A stretch of 64,000 bases of DNA. Source: Oculina patagonica. Its lineage: Eukaryota. The notes beneath the pieces are model-generated. The model searched no databases. It was given only the letters and a program-made list of their open reading frames with translations, and was not told where the DNA came from. The position numbers were made by a program, and so were the translations under genes. The stretch is taken from NCBI RefSeq assembly GCF_052425735.1, contig NC_135763.1:19716001-19780000 (forward strand). The letters run 5' to 3'. Positions 63,047-64,000 of the stretch are shown here, one piece after another (position 1 is the first letter of the stretch; each line of letters starts with the position of its first letter).

Positions 63047-63134
63047 ATGAAGTTTGTTGTGATCCTTTGCCTTATTGCTTTGATGGTTTCCGATGCCAAT
63101 GGGAAACCAAAACATGATGAGAATCACGATAAAG
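63047..63134 (+). CDS. Probable first coding exon of a secreted protein (gene continues beyond this exon)
   Basis: ACAATGA start context, MKFVVILCLIALMVSDANG-KPKHDENHDK signal-peptide-like sequence, strong donor AAG|GTGAGT. Confidence 0.65.
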
Positions 63135-64000
63135 GTGAGTGCTTGTTTTGATTTTTGTTGTGAAAGTGAAGAGCATTTGAAAATTACAATGTGTACGTAT
63201 ACTTCAAACTTGAAAATTGGTCGGTCCGCATGGTCAGTTTATTTGAAGTTTTCTTTCCCTCTCCCACTCTTTAATTTCGGCATTACCACAGTTTCATGTC
63301 TTTGAAAAAGTGAACGTTTATCAAGAAATCATGATAAAACTAGCGGATATCTGGGAGAAAGAGAAAAGCGAGTTGTGAAATACGAGCCGTCGGTGAACAT
63401 TTAAGAAGCTCTAAAGTAACAAGAAGAACGTTTGTTGTATTTTGCGCAGAAAAATAAAATACTGTTTACTATGAAATTTTCAGCGAAGTCCGTTTTTTTA
63501 TAATTATTGGTCAACGCTTTGTTTCTGCAGTCCATCTGACTAATGATGAGTTTTAATTTTTTTCTGTGTCTATGTGACTTTTACCTCAGTTTTCATTTTA
63601 ACTCTATGAGAATACTGTTTACGAAAACCTGGCGAAACCTGGCAAGGTGTGATGCAGCTCAAACTGACAAAACATAAGGTTACAATATTTTATTCCCTTC
63701 AAGTGATGGGGACCTCTGCAAAACCGCCCTTTTCACAAAAATTGATGCAGTTCCACAAGAAAAAGCCTTCTTAATATAAAATTCAACATGGGTGTTGTAG
63801 AACGAAGGGGGGGGGGGGGGGGGGACAATGTCTGAAATACCCAAGGGAATGAACGGGGGTGATAACTACTTTTCAACGAAATCACACGGCTACTTTTTTT
63901 GTTATATAAAATGTATGTAAAAAAAGAGAGAGTATCGCCCAGGTGATTATGCCATCTTTTAGATTGGTTTAACTTTTATCAGTTCTGAGCATTTTCTGCC

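Overview
AT-rich, intron-containing eukaryotic DNA. The repeat landscape and gene families suggest a cnidarian, probably a stony coral (inference, not verified). 1-20 kb is a satellite domain (related 44-, 55-, 65- and 85-bp monomers, a ~420-bp tandem unit and a multi-kb segmental duplication) with nested MITEs, a hAT element and a LINE fragment. 21-50 kb holds four intact spliced ammonium transporter (Amt/Mep family) genes arranged as two head-to-head pairs (-,+,-,+), each pair combining one 'MISG/GASP'-type and one 'MQSG/GCxG'-type paralog. An intron of the fourth gene contains a TIR-bounded element carrying an antisense class-B GPCR pseudogene. 51-53.5 kb is a pseudogenised Crypton-type (DUF3504-like) tyrosine-recombinase element. 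57.1-63.0 kb is a very young gag-protease-only LTR retrotransposon inserted just upstream of a signal-peptide exon. The most striking observation is five full and one half long palindromes with unrelated stem sequences but one shared strand-specific structure: tandem G.A mismatches (mostly CGAG/CGAG) plus a C-GNA-G type apical loop. Two of them lie directly 3' of tyrosine-recombinase genes, suggesting a eukaryotic recombinase system that recognises folded single-stranded DNA, analogous to integron attC sites. All coordinates were read by eye.
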